A DNA stretch of 64,000 nt, taken from contig MU053487.1 of assembly GCA_013239625.1 (NCBI GenBank), positions 3,493,058-3,557,057 of the forward strand. The letters run 5' to 3'. This document shows, in pieces, positions 1 through 12,421 of this stretch; the first letter of the stretch is position 1; every line of letters starts with the position of its first letter. The notes beneath the pieces are model-generated. The model saw only the letters and a list, made by a program, of their open reading frames with translations. It was not told the origin of the DNA and ran no database searches. The translations under genes were made by a program, and so were the position numbers. Source of the stretch: Lama guanicoe. Taxonomy: Eukaryota.

Positions 1-357
1 ATCAGCATTTATCACAGAAAATACTGCATAAATACAAAAAGGCATGAGAGGATTAGAGTAATATTGGGAAGTTTCGACAATCCTCTTTCAGTTCTTGACA
101 AATACTAGGTTAAAAGTACTCAATTATACAACTTGGTCATATTTTAGGCCACAGAGAATCCTCATATTTTAAAGTAAATTATCATAGGGAATATTTGTCT
201 CAGAAAGGCTTCCACCGTGACATTACCTAGGTGTATTGCTACCTTATGAGTATTCTGTTTTATCAATACCTTTTAAAACATCTAGATAAGATGTCAAATA
301 CTGATAGATAGATTTTTCTACTTTAATCTTCGTTGTAGTAAATTATACAAATAGTCC

Positions 358-1165
358 TTTTTTTTTATTGTGGTGTAAAGTGTACATTACAAAATTTACC
401 ATTTTAACCATTTTTAGGTATACATTTCTGTGACATCAAGTACATTCTGCCATCCATCCCCAGAACATTTTATCTTCCCAAACTAAAACTCTGTACTCAT
501 TAACCAATAAATTCCCCTTTCTCTCTCCTCCCGCTTGTTGGCAGCCTTAATCCTACTTACTGTCTCCATGAACTTAACCATTGTAGTTACCCGATACAAG
601 TGGAATTATCCAATATTTGTCCTTTTGCATCTGGCTTATTTCATTTGGCATAATGCCTTCAGGGTTCATGTAGCTTGTGTCAGAATTGCATTCCTTTTTT
701 TTTTTTTTAAAGTTTCACAATATTGTATTTGGCAATGACTTCTTGTATACAACATCAAAGGCACAGGTAACAAACAAATTAGGCTTCATGAAAATTTTAA
801 AAATGTGTGCATCGTAAGACAATATCCACAGAATTGCATTCCTTTTTAAGGCTGAACTATATTCCAGTGTATACATACCTTACTTTAGTCTACCTGTCAA
901 TAAACATTTCTACCTTTTGGCTATTGTGAATAGTGCTGCTGTGAACATTGATGTACAAATAAACACACGTTTGAGTCTCTGCTTTCACTTCTTATGAGTG
1001 TATACCTAGAGGTGGAATTGCTGAATCATATGCTAGTTCTGTGTTTTAGTTTTTTGAGGACCAGACATACTGTTTTCCTTAGCGGCTGCACTGCTGTGAA
1101 AACAGTATATTCAACATTCCCACCAGCAACAAATAGTGTCTTGGTGTTAAGCCACCCTTGCGGTT
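358..1165 (-). mobile_element. Old L1 (L1MA/MB-like) 3' end, interrupted at ~695-828
   Basis: T-run followed by typical L1 3' antisense sequence (ctggcttatttcatttggcataatg; ttttggctattgtgaatagtgctgct; gtggaattgctgaatcatatg). Confidence 0.8.
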
Positions 1166-1669
1166 TTAAAATAGCCTACTTGGTTTTGGCTCTTTTGCCA
1201 GTAGTGTAGGAAGTGCTGTTGTCTTGCTGTCTGTGGCTAGAGCCAGGGCCTCCAGCTCGCACTCTTCTTGGCGGCTCCGTCCGTCTCGAGGTTGCCAGGA
1301 TCTATAGCCCTGGCTGGAGCACAAATTTCTGTAGCCGGAACAAGGGCATTAATGAATAGTAGATAAACTGAAAAGGATAGGCAGAAACCTGTTTTTGATT
1401 AAACTATTTCTCAACTTTATCAATTTTTAAGTTTCTCTTGATTCTTTTTCTGTGAAATATATGAAACTTGTTTATTTTACTTCACACACTGCTTCAGTCT
1501 CTGCCAGTCTTGTTAATTTAAGTTCTTCTTTTGGTAAACTTTGCATCCTAGCTTGGCATAATATCCCTAAACCTTTATTTCTCGATGTACCCCTTCTGTA
1601 CTGTCTGGGTGTACAGCATTTGCATTCATGCTCGCTAGCTGTGATTCAGTCTGAGCTTTGCCTGTAGCC

Positions 1670-1960
1670 GAGCTTGGGAACTGAGGTCTCCTATGGCACG
1701 TCCAGTCCAAGGAAGGATTTTATTTGGTTCACACAGGCTGTCGTATTTGAATTAGTTGGTAATGTTTAATAATTGGGGATTTCACATAAATCCAGATTTT
1801 AGCTTCTCTTTAAAAAAAAGGAAAATCAGATGACTCAGTCACACCTGGCATATGTTCCCACAGGCACTGTTCGCCAGATGAGTGTAACAGCTTTCTCCTT
1901 CGATGGAGCGCGTGCTCTTCAGTTCCCCACAGGCCTCCCCAGGCCTTTCTATCCATTTAT
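1670..1960. mobile_element. MER102-like hAT-Charlie remnant
   Basis: gatttcacataaatccagattttagcttctctt resembles the MER102 core (from recall). Confidence 0.5.
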
Positions 1961-2377
1961 GTATGTTATCTCGCCCTTGTTGGTCTTTGAGTTGATAATC
2001 CTGGGTCTGTTGAAAATGTAAAACCAGCATTTATAGTATTATGCATGTATAAGTAGTATGTTTGGACCTGTAAAGAATTAGATGTAATCCTGTATCATAA
2101 AGTCTGTGCCACTTGAGAGGTGTTACCATAAACAACAAAAAACTAAGAATTGGAAAGTGAAGGTGGCCGTCTGTTATAATGACTATTTAAAAAATGTAAT
2201 AAGATGGTTTTACTTTCTAATTCACATCATTTAACCTAATCGTACTACTTTTTTTCTTTAAAGTTAGATCAGTTTTTCTTGAAGATGTTCTTCTTAGAGC
2301 CCTCTGACTTCTGTTCTCGTTTGGACTACTGATTTCCTCCCTTCTCCCTCCCTCCCTTCCCCCACCTCCTTTCTTCT

Positions 2378-3430
2378 AGTCAACAAATATTTATTCAGCT
2401 TCCACTCCATAGCTGGCCCTGTTCTAGGTGCTTCTGACACAGCAATAAACCAGGTTGTATGTTACATGGAGCCTGTGTTATCATGGAGGAGATACAGAAA
2501 GAAAGTGCTGTGTCCAAAAAGAAAACTTAGTAGAGAGTTACAGTGAGTGTGGGCAAGGAGGAAAGGACGGGCCACTCGGGGGAAGTGAGCTTGAGCAGAG
2601 ACCTAAGCGAAGTGAAGGAGCAACCTCTTTGAAGAATTTTCTAGCAAGCACAGACACAGGTGAGATTTAGCTTGGCGTGTTCAAGAACAGTAGGAGTGCC
2701 TGGGTGACTAAGGCAGAGTGAGCACCAAGGAGGAGGCTGTGGGAGGGAGCCTGGATTGTAGTGAGTGAGCTGGATGCTTGTGCGGTGTGTGAATCAGGAT
2801 GGGGCTTACTCTGGTTTACATTTTAAAGCCCGATGTTGCTGCTGTCTTTGCAGAATGAAAGAATAGGTGGTGATAGGGGACGAGTTAGGAGGCTGATGGA
2901 CTAGTCTAAGTGAGAAATAATGACTTGACAGGGTGGCAGCAGTGGTGATGGTCAGATTTAGGACGTGCCCTGCAGGTAGAACTAATGAGACTCTGTAATG
3001 GACTGGCTGTAGACTAGAGGGAAAGAGTCAAGACTCACACTCAGGTTTTCAGTCTGAGATCATGAAGACCAGAGAGGAGCTGGTCGAGAGGCTAGAAGGC
3101 AGGCGTTGTGTTTTGACTGTGTAAACTCGGGATTATTTGATGCCCAAGTGGAGATGTTGAAGAGGCAGCTGGGATCTCAGAGGAAAGGTTGGAAGCAGAG
3201 ATTTGTTGGGGAGTGGACAGCACACAGTGTTTAAAGCTGGGATGCGGTCTTGTGAGTGAGTGTAGGTAGGAGAGAACAGATTGGAAGTCTGGACCCCCGG
3301 GCACTCAGACATCCCGGTGAGATGAGGAGGGTCCAGTGAAGGAGACAGAGGAGCAACCTTTGAGGCAGGGGGAAATCAGAGGGCAGTGGTGTCCCAGAAG
3401 CCAAGCGAAGGAAGGATTTCAGGGGAGGAG
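2378..3430 (-). mobile_element. L2 LINE fragment
   Basis: tcaacaaatatttattcagc...ctgttctaggtgct is the reversed L2 3' end; purine-rich L2 body follows (ccaagtggagatgttgaagaggcag). Confidence 0.7.
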
Positions 3431-3444
3431 CAATCAGTTGAGAA

Positions 3445-4310
3445 CTGACTCAGGATGCAGTCTAGGATCATGCATTGCATTTAATTGTCATGTCTCTTTA
3501 GCCCCCTTTAATCTGAAAGTCAGTTCCTCGGCCTTTTTGTCTTAGTGACATTGAGAATTTTGAAGGATACAGGCCTGGTGTTTTTGTAGTATGTCTTTTA
3601 GGTTGAGCTTGTCTGTTGTTTCCTCCTGATTAGATTCAGTTATGTTTCAGGCAGAACACCACGGAGGGAGGTGGTCTTGTGTACGCCACGGTGCATCCCA
3701 GCAGGAGGTACATGTTGTCAGCTTGTCCTGTTACTGATGGCATTAACTTAGATCCCGTGTTAAAGTGGTGTCCTCCAGATTTTTTCACAGCTAAATTACC
3801 ATTTTCCCCTTTGAAATTAGTCAAGTAATCTTTGTAGATCCTTTGAGACCATGTAACTATTCTTTTCCTCTTCAGACTTTCTCCCCCTAGTTTTGGCATC
3901 CACTAATGATCCTGCCTAAATCAGTTATTACTACAGTAGTTGCCCAACGATGATTTTTCTAATTCTGACTCCTGCATTCATTGGTTGACATTCTACTGTA
4001 AGGAAGAGCTTTTCCCTCTTTCTTATTATCAGTGTGAACTCATGGATCCTGATTTTATTCAGTGAGTCTTTAATCAGTTTACTGTGTGTTCATTTTGATG
4101 CTCAAATCATCCCAGATTTGGCCAGTGGGAGCCCCATCAAGCTGTCTCTCCTGTGTCCTTTTGACACATCTTCATTTTTTGTTTTGTTTTGTTTTAGCCC
4201 TTCCTGCTTTCTGGCATAACAGGATGTTCCAGGCTCATCTTGTGCAAACTCTGGAATCAGCCATTTCTCCAGGTTCCTTTTAATGGGGGTTGGTGTTTAG
4301 AAACCAAGAT
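3445..4310 (-). mobile_element. Old L1 (L1MC-like) 3' region
   Basis: gcattgcatttaattgtcatgtctcttt...tttagaaaccaagatctgg; shares motifs with 19040-20030. Confidence 0.65.
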
Positions 4311-5479
4311 CTGGACAGGTTGATTCTTAAGTACTCGGTCTGCTGTTTAGCCTGTCATGTGTGTTCACCACATTTATTTTTAGCCTTTTATAATGGGTGG
4401 GGAGAGCCCCAAAGAACATAGTATATGAATTCTATTGCCTTTAGTGGCTCACTGTTGGAAAGGCCTTTTTTCTCCATCTTCAGTGTTCCTAGAGAAGGAG
4501 ATTTATAGGCCCTGCTCATAAAGAAAGCAGGTAACTGTGTTTTGTATGTGTCTGTAAAGTTGAGTGTCGATAGGAATCTATATCCCTGGTGTATAGTTTC
4601 TCACCTTTCTTGGAATCATATCAAGGTGACATGTACTTCTGTATATTATATGTATTTATATTTTTCACTAACAATTTCTCTTATACCTTTTGTTAGATTT
4701 GGCATTATTTTTCAGATCAGACTTGATTTTAGGTTGATTTTGAAATTTAAAAATCTTCAGTGTCCCTATTAGTGCGAAAGCAAAGTATGATCCTTTAGTA
4801 AGTTAAATTGGAAAAATTGTCTCAGAGCTTGCTAGTTTAAGAATTTAGTCGGACCAAAAATATTAGATGTATGCCTCCACATACACACACAAATAAACTT
4901 AGGCAGTTTTGGTAAAGGGAAACAGACGTGGGAGGCAAAGCTCGTGAGGGGGAGAGATAGGAAGCGGCAGGATAGGTGCTGAGAAGCAGTAAGTCCCTCA
5001 GACAGTTGGACTCCCTAACAGACAGAGCACGTGCATTAGAGGGGGAGACAAAAAAAAAAAAGGAAAGTTGGCACCAGGTGTTAGAAATCTTGAGTCCCTT
5101 GCTAAAATTTCAGGTTATTTTGTAGCAATTCATAATGAAACTGTTGTGGATAGCACGATGTCCTTTGGTGGTGCTGAGGAAAGGGTGCAGCATTGCCCAG
5201 CCCTAGAGTGGGGTCTGTTCCTCTCAAGGAACAAGTATGTATTTGAATCATGAATTCTTGTTTCCAAGGGAATGTCTTGCAATTATTGTTGCAGTTCAGA
5301 GAGGCGTTAGTGTTTCGTTTTCTTAAATCCAGCCATTTTAGTATTTACTTCTTGTATCCAACTATACTCTGAACCTTATTTTAGGAGAATGTAGCTAATA
5401 AAAATGAGGGTGTTTATGTACTTTTCTATCTAGGTAATGAAGCATTTGCGTGTATACTTTGGAGGAAGTGAAGCAAATG

Positions 5480-5660
5480 AACTGGTATTTATCGAGGGCC
5501 ATATAAACCACGCAGTTTGTAGGCAGCTTTATTCACGTATCCCAGTCAGTCCTCACAAACAGCTCTTACCAAAAAGTAGTAGTTGTCTTTTTATAAGTTA
5601 GGAAATGGGGGGTTTTGAGGGGTCAAATCCAAGTCACATCGCTACTAATTATCAAAGGGG
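5480..5660 (-). mobile_element. MIR SINE
   Basis: cctcacaaacagc...ttttataagttaggaaa...ccaagtcacatcgcta. Confidence 0.5.
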
Positions 5661-6668
5661 AGGTGCATATACGGGTCTCTATTTGTGTGAGAATTGCCAA
5701 TCACTTGTAGCATTGTTTTTCGAAGCTCTCAAAAGTCTACAGAGAAGGGATTGCTGTGCTCTTTGTATGCTGAAGCTTAAGGCCAGGAGACGGTGTGGAT
5801 GGAGAGCAGTTACAAGTGATATTTGCTAGCATGCAAAAATAAGAACAGAAAATGGGCCAAGAGGAGGATTCCTTATAGCCAGGCAGAAATGTCCGTTGGA
5901 ATATGTAGGGAAGAATCACAGCGTCATAGGTCTTGAGTGCATGTGAGCCTTAGGGAAACTTAGTAGCAATGATTTTATCAGAAGTGAGTCGTCTGACAGC
6001 TCTAATCAGAATCACCCCCTTTATTATAGCTTAGGTCATCCATGTGCTTTCTCTGATGTGCCAGTTTCCAGAAGAGATTGAATCCAGACAAGTGAAACAT
6101 ACCTGAAGATTCTGGCCTGAACATTATAATTGACCTGACAAAAAAGCGAGCTTCAAATTTTACAGCTTGGTAGTGGTGGTGATGTTAGAAGTGCTTAACA
6201 GTCTGTGTTTTCCTTCTACAGCATTATTTTCCAAACTCGCACCGACTCCTAGAGGGGGAGGAAGTAGAAAGTAGGCCTCCAGGGAGCTGAAGTGATCAGG
6301 GAGTAATTTTTTTTTTAAATCTCCTGTTTTATCTTTAGGCATTCTTTTGTTCATTTCCATGTCTATTTATTTTAATGGAAATAAATTATTTTATTGGTTA
6401 AATATTTCCTTACCCCCCTCCTGAGTAGCCCAGTAGCAGAGTTGACAGTCTGGGCAGATGTGCTTGTCCCATTGCCCGGAGCAGGGACCCAGTGTGAGGA
6501 GCACCGTCTCCCAGGGTGTGGCCGCCTCGCTCCTGGGGGCTCCCTCTCTCCTCGTCCCCTGCCCTCAGCTGGGGATTCCCTGTTTTTCCCACTCTCATAG
6601 TTTCTTTCTTTCACTTGATTGGCATGACCTTATTTTGAGGGCTTTGTCTCTTGATGTATCCAACAGGT

Positions 6669-6798
6669 TTTTGGTTTTGTTTTTTTTTTTAATTTTCTTT
6701 CTTTTTTCTTTTTTTTAAATGGAGGTACTGGGGATTGAACCCAAGACCTCATGTATGCTAGACATGCACTCTACCACTGAGCTGTACCCTCCCTCCCC
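6669..6798 (-). mobile_element. tRNA-Ala-derived SINE (vic-1-like)
   Basis: Reverse complement reads GGGGAGGGAGGGTACAGCTCAGTGGTAGAGTGCATG...GGGTTCAATCCCCAGTACCTCCA plus an A-rich tail; A and B boxes present. Confidence 0.85.
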
Positions 6799-8445
6799 AG
6801 TTTTATTTTTGGAGTTTCTCTTTCTGTCTTAACCAGGGAAATGTAACCGAATATCTTATGTCTGTCTGAGTCTTGCAGGTGCATATTTTTCCCTCCTGGT
6901 GCTGCTTACTGTTTCATTTAAGGCATGGTTGCTGCGCACATGATGTGACAAGTGGCCGGCTCAGCCTGGGTGTTTTATCACCAGTCTCTTCTGGCGCTGA
7001 GTCAGCGTGAAGGCCCAGCTCTGTGTGTGTGGGGTTGAGGGGTGGGGTGGGGGAGCAAATTGTCGTTTCTGACTTTTGGTTGGAAGGAAGCAAGCTCAGG
7101 CCAGCACATACGAAAACTAATTTCAGGTTGCAAGTGAGTGCCAGTTTTATGATTGTTATGTATGTGTCATATTTTCTAGTCCCTCCCAGTTGATTTTTAG
7201 TTTTTGTTACTATCTTGACAAGAGTTTTGTGCTTTTTGGTAATTTAACAGCAACGAGGGTTTCCTTTGTATTTTTATACCTAAAATCTTATGTGGAAAGG
7301 ATTATTGCTGATTTACTGACACTAAAGACTTGGTTCATGTTAAGCCCTCTAGTCCTTTGTGTGGGGCGTCAGATATATCCAACCTGCTTTCTCCTGAAGC
7401 CCTGTTGTGCGCCTTCAACTGGTCTAATCTTGCTTGATCCTGTGTTTCCTCCCGATCCTCTGAAGAACTGTCTTTTTGTACCAAAGCAGTCACATTCCTA
7501 TCTTCTGAATGACATCCACTGCAAAATAGCTTTTTGCATAGGTCTTGCAGATTCCAAAATCTTTTTTTTTTTAACATATCTTTGTATCTTCATAACTATT
7601 CCATGAAGAAGGCAGCTTGGGGGTTGTTATTACCTATTTTATGAATGAAAAAAGAAAATACCAGCAGACATGACTTGCAGCCTAGTGGCAAAGCCCCAGG
7701 ACTTGACTGGGTCTCTGGGGTTTCAATCTGCTGAACCGTGCTGCTTCAGTACCCTCGTTTCTACAAACATTTTCTGAAAGTCTTCCCAGTTCCCCAAAAG
7801 AGGGAGAAATTTATTCTGTAGGTCGAGTTGTCTACAGAGAAGAAGATAGCCGTAAAATATTTCAGAATTTTTTTTTAAGTTTTAGAGTCAAGGAAGAAAC
7901 AATGAGTTTTCTGAATTTCCAAATAGGATTGGTTCCTATATTAGGCAGATTATAAAGATGTTTATTTTCTAAGAACAAAGCAGACTGAATCACAGAAGAT
8001 AGTGAGTGGCTAAGTTTTCATTTTTCTCTTTATTTCTAGATTTCTAGGAAAATAGTATTTTACCCGTTTGTTGAAATACTATGAGAAGGTCCTGGGTGGA
8101 AGTGTCATACTTTGTGGTTCTTAGTAGGAATTTCTGTGTCCGTGAGGTTTCTCAAAAGTGGCATTAGAGCTACTCTCGCTATGTAATAGAGTTTTTGAAA
8201 ATCTAATAGAAATGATACATTGCCATGAGGTAAAGCCATGAATCTTAAAATGTCAATCAAGCTTCCTTACTTTTGGCAGGAATTTAAGGAAGCTGATTAG
8301 AAGCCCTGGTTGGTAGCACACGGACATAGCCAATTCATTATTTTTGAGAATTGTTACTTGTTTTTAGACTCCTTGTTGATGAGGAGAGAATAATCAAATG
8401 ACTGATCTTGAAGGCTCCTTCGAGTTGGGAGTCTGAGACCTGTGC

Positions 8446-8479
8446 TGCAGTGATGGCGGATGTCCACCAGGTGGCACCA
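8446..8479 (+). promoter_or_regulatory. Candidate CTCF site with upstream module
   Basis: Core TGTCCACCAGGTGGCACCA at 8461-8479, preceded by TGCAGT at 8446-8451. Confidence 0.6.
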
Positions 8480-10159
8480 AGGATCTGCTTAACTGTTGAC
8501 TCCCCAGCTAGTGCCTGGATCACCTGAAGCCCATGTAAACTTCCCTCCTCGTAAAGTATGGCTCAGCCGCAGATGTGCCCTCAGTTCTGGTCCCTGACTG
8601 CCCCTGCACCCACCCCCTTAGGGCTGCTGATGGCTCTGTCTTGGCATCTCACCGCATTCTGCCTGCGGTGAAAGCTGTGGGTGTTGACTCCTCCCCTAGA
8701 TGCGAAGCTTCTTGAGAGGAGGCACCCACTGCTTTTACTTCAGAGCCTGTTCCTTTCTGTATTTCCAGCAGTGCTGGGCACGGGACCTCTGAGCTGCGTT
8801 GTTAGCATCTGTTTTGTGAGGAAGACTTCCAAAGAGCTCACCTTCAGTTTGGTTTTGGGTTTTTTTTTGTCTTGAAGAGCATGTTTATTCTCCCAGCTGC
8901 ACAAATGACTTGGAGGTGGTGGGGATGTTGTGTCTGTAGGTTGTGCAGTTTCATAAACCCTGCTCTAAGCCACACCCCGACCAACCGCTTTCACTAACTT
9001 CTGAAGACAGTTAGTTATAGAAATCGTTCCTGTGGGTGGGTCTTCCGCGCAGCCCTGCGGTTGGTCTTGGAGGGGCACCTCCATGCGTGTTAGACAGCAG
9101 AAGGCCTCGGTGTTGCTAGGCTGTGTGCCGTGTAGGTCGGAGCTTGGGAAAAGCAGGAAAGAATCCTTCATAGCTCTCATCTGTCTGCCTTATCTGGGCT
9201 CCTGGCGGGGCCTCCCGCAGCCAGTGGGTTTGGTCTGGAGGGGAGGAGGCCTGACCAAGGAAGGGCCTGGGAGGAGCAGCAGCACCACAAGCGTATTGTA
9301 GTCGGATTGTGTCATTTTACTGGAGACCATTAAGGAAATGGATGTTCGTTTTTTCTTTTACAGAAAACAGATAATGGCTTTTAAGCCAATTGGAAGGAAA
9401 TTTGAAAAGGTTTCATAACAGTGTTATTTCATTATTACAGCCAACCTACATAGGCAACCAAGTTGTTTTCAGGCCTGACCCTGGCTCTGAATTCTTTGTT
9501 GTGTGGATACCTTTCCAAAGTGTTTGATTTGCCGACACATTCAGGAGCTCTGTGTTTGATAGCAGACCTAAGCATGTGCAAAACTCTGAGCAAAGAGCAT
9601 TTACATTTACCTAACTTAATTTAAAAAATGAGCCACAGTCTAGGTGATACTGGAGATAGTAATACCAATGTGGTGTATCTGGCTGCTGATCGAAAGGCTG
9701 TTTGTTTAGCTCCCTAGTGAATTTGAGAAACTAAGGCCATATTTTTATTTCTAGAGCTGGGAGCTCTTAAGCTGGCAGTTTTGACCTTTGAATGTTTAGA
9801 GCACCGAAAGTTCTGATTATGAGACAAAGAGAAGATGACAGCTTTCTTGTCCATTAAAAACTGGGGTCTCTCTCGTGGCATTACTTTGTCCTACAAACAG
9901 AGTAGAGAGTGGGACCTGGCTCTTTGGGGTGGCATTACCTTAAAGGATGTGGTCAGAATCTACCTGTTAAATGCTCATTTTCTCTGTGAACCTGGGTTTT
10001 GGTTTATTATTACCTTTGGCAGTTGAGTTTAAATTCTTTGGGACAGAGTAACATAGCTAAGAAGTACACTTTCAGAAGTGCATCTAAAAGTCTTTTCAGG
10101 AGAAATTTGGGAACTACTAGTGCAAATTAGCATCACTGATGTGGCTGCTTTGTTTTCAG

Positions 10160-10621
10160 GTGATCGGTGAGGACAACGTGGCAGTCCCCTCCCACCTTTA
10201 TAAGGTGATCCTGGCGCGCAGAAGCCGGGAGTCTGCTGAACCCCTGGCACTAGGGGCCTTTGTGGTGCCCAATGAAGCCATTGGCTTCCAGCCCCAGCTA
10301 AGTGAATTCCAGGTGAGCCTTCAGGACCTGGAGAAGTGGTCAGGGCTGGTGTTCTTCCCACATTTGGATAGAACTAGTGACATCAGGAACATCTGCTCCG
10401 TGGACACCTGTAAGCTCCTGGATTTCCGGGAGTTCACTCTGTACCTGAGCACAAGAAAGATTGAGGGAGCCCGATCGGTGCTCAGGCTGGAAAAGGTCAT
10501 GGAGAATTTGAGGAATGCGGGGGTTGACCCCGATGATTACTTCATGAGTCGCTACGAGAAGAAACTGGAAGAACTCAAAGCTCAGGAGCAGTCAGGAGTC
10601 CTGGAGAGAAAGCCATCTTAG
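10160..10621 (+). CDS. EXOG: EXOG (mitochondrial exo/endonuclease G) terminal coding exon
   Basis: Acceptor ttttcag|GTG at 10159/10160. Translation VIGEDNVAVPSHLYKVIL...GLVFFPHLDR...ERKPS* matches the EXOG C-terminal half. Stop TAG at 10619-10621. Adjacent to SCN5A, as in other mammals. Confidence 0.96.
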   Translation: MIGEDNVAVPSHLYKVILARRSRESAEPLALGAFVVPNEAIGFQPQLSEFQVSLQDLEKWSGLVFFPHLDRTSDIRNICSVDTCKLLDFREFTLYLSTRKIEGARSVLRLEKVMENLRNAGVDPDDYFMSRYEKKLEELKAQEQSGVLERKPS

Positions 10622-11169
10622 TCACATCTCAAAAGTGTGACATCTGTCAGGCCGCGGTCGTGGCCACTTCAGACTGCTGTACCTTAGTGGCTTTGCTTTA
10701 CAATGATGGAATTCTAAATTTAAGACTGAATTTTTCCCCTCAAAGGTAGAAGAGGTGAAAGTTTTTGCTTAGTATTTTATTTGACATGGGAACTGATTAT
10801 ATAAGGGAACTGTAACACCTGCAGGTGGCGGGCTGGTCTTGTGTCCGGTTAACAAGATGACACCGTGCGTGTGTCGCTCTGGATGTGTAGTGTGTGAAGG
10901 TTAGTTACATTTTCTGCCTTCAAATCATGCAGTGTCTTTGATGTATGTGCTCAGCTCAGTATTGTAAGCTTTCTTTCCCTAGGACTTGGGTTGGTCTTAG
11001 AGATGGCTTCTAGATATCGTCTGTGCCTTGTCCTGATCACGTGTATTAAATCTTTGGGTCTTGTCCTCCTCCCGTGGACCTGCTGTCCCTCCTCTTCTGT
11101 CATACAGCAGCGCTCACCAGCTGCGTTTCCGGCTCGCTTAGCGTGTTCTGTAGACGAAGCTAGTGCTGT

Positions 11170-11272
11170 GCGTGTATTATGTCACAGCCGCCCTCGAGGG
11201 AAATTCCACCATTCTCATTTTACCCAGGAGGAACTTGGGGCTTAGAGAGCTTAAGTATTTCTCCCAAGATTC
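11170..11272 (-). mobile_element. MIR fragment in the EXOG 3' UTR
   Basis: ctcattttacccaggaggaacttggggcttagagagcttaagtatttctcccaag. Confidence 0.55.
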
Positions 11273-12410
11273 ATCTTCCCAAAGAAGTAACTCATAAGAA
11301 ACGAGGCACACAGCAGGGAGTGCATTAAAATCTTCCCCGACCCAGAGGCTTTTGACTCAGAAAGACATCCTTCCTTGGGTGTCTGTGATCCTGGTTCTGC
11401 TTGGTAAGAGGGGTCTGATTTCTTGTCTGCCGTCGAGCCAAAGGGACTTTAATGTCCTCTGACTTGAACCCTCCTTCGTTCTTTGGGAAGAAACAATCAA
11501 GGTATTTGAAAGATGGAGGCCGGGGTCTGTGGGGTTGATCAGAGTCCCTTCTTGCCTGAGAAACGCAGTTCTTCTAGTGACCAGATGGCGGTGAATTGAT
11601 GTGTTCTTTGCTTTCTAGAGGAGCTTTTTGTTCCAGAGATGAAGGCACCTAAGCCGGATCTGCGCCTGCAGGTCCACCGGCTCGTGGTTCTGCTGCCTTT
11701 GTACCTGCATGTCCCCTTGGACGGCGCGGGGCAGGTGGTTGGGCCCAGACGGGTATCTCTGCGGCAGGCGGCGGCTGCTTTCTGAGCCAGGTCTCTAGAT
11801 TTGGGTTTACACGGAATCCTTTTGTGGGCTGCCATGAGTATAGGCAGTAAAATACCTTCAGTGAGGGTGTAGCAACCTGTCCAAATGTGTCGGGTCACAG
11901 TTGTCTTGCCAGGTGGTATCACTGGAACCATTTTTGTTGGTGTTTTTGTGTTTCTCTCTAACAGAAATGCCAAGACTTTAAGATAAAGGTAAGATGATGA
12001 TGACTGACTTCGTTCTGCTTTATTTGGGTAAACAAGAAAGAAGTTGGGGGTCAGAACACTGTAGCCTGATTCATAGGATTCTGTTTTATCAAACTGTTCT
12101 GCATTTGCTTTTTCTTCTCAGGGAGAAGGAGCCCAAATGTCACTGTGACCAAAAAATCTCTTACTTGCTCTCCTTGTTGGAGAGGCGATGGTGGGGTCTG
12201 GGTGTTTCTCCGGGAGCCTGAGGGGTGGCTCCTGGGGAGAAGTCCTGGGTGACCACCCCCCTCTAGAGGGGCGCCCCCATCCGCTGTCCCCCAGCCTGTC
12301 ACTCCGCGCTCTCTCTCCTGACCTCAATTCCCAGCTTCCTTGGGGCTGTTCCTGGCTGTTCTCAGTCCTGCCTCTCCACCTGGGTGGTAGAGAATCTTGA
12401 TTTTTAGATC

Positions 12411-12421
12411 AATAAATTAAA
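12411..12421 (+). promoter_or_regulatory. Candidate EXOG polyadenylation signal
   Basis: AATAAATTAAA followed by gtgtcttacatgtttttagtt. Confidence 0.55.

Noticed and set aside
7031..7054. G-quadruplex-capable tract
   Set aside because: Such G-runs are common across this window and nothing singles this one out.
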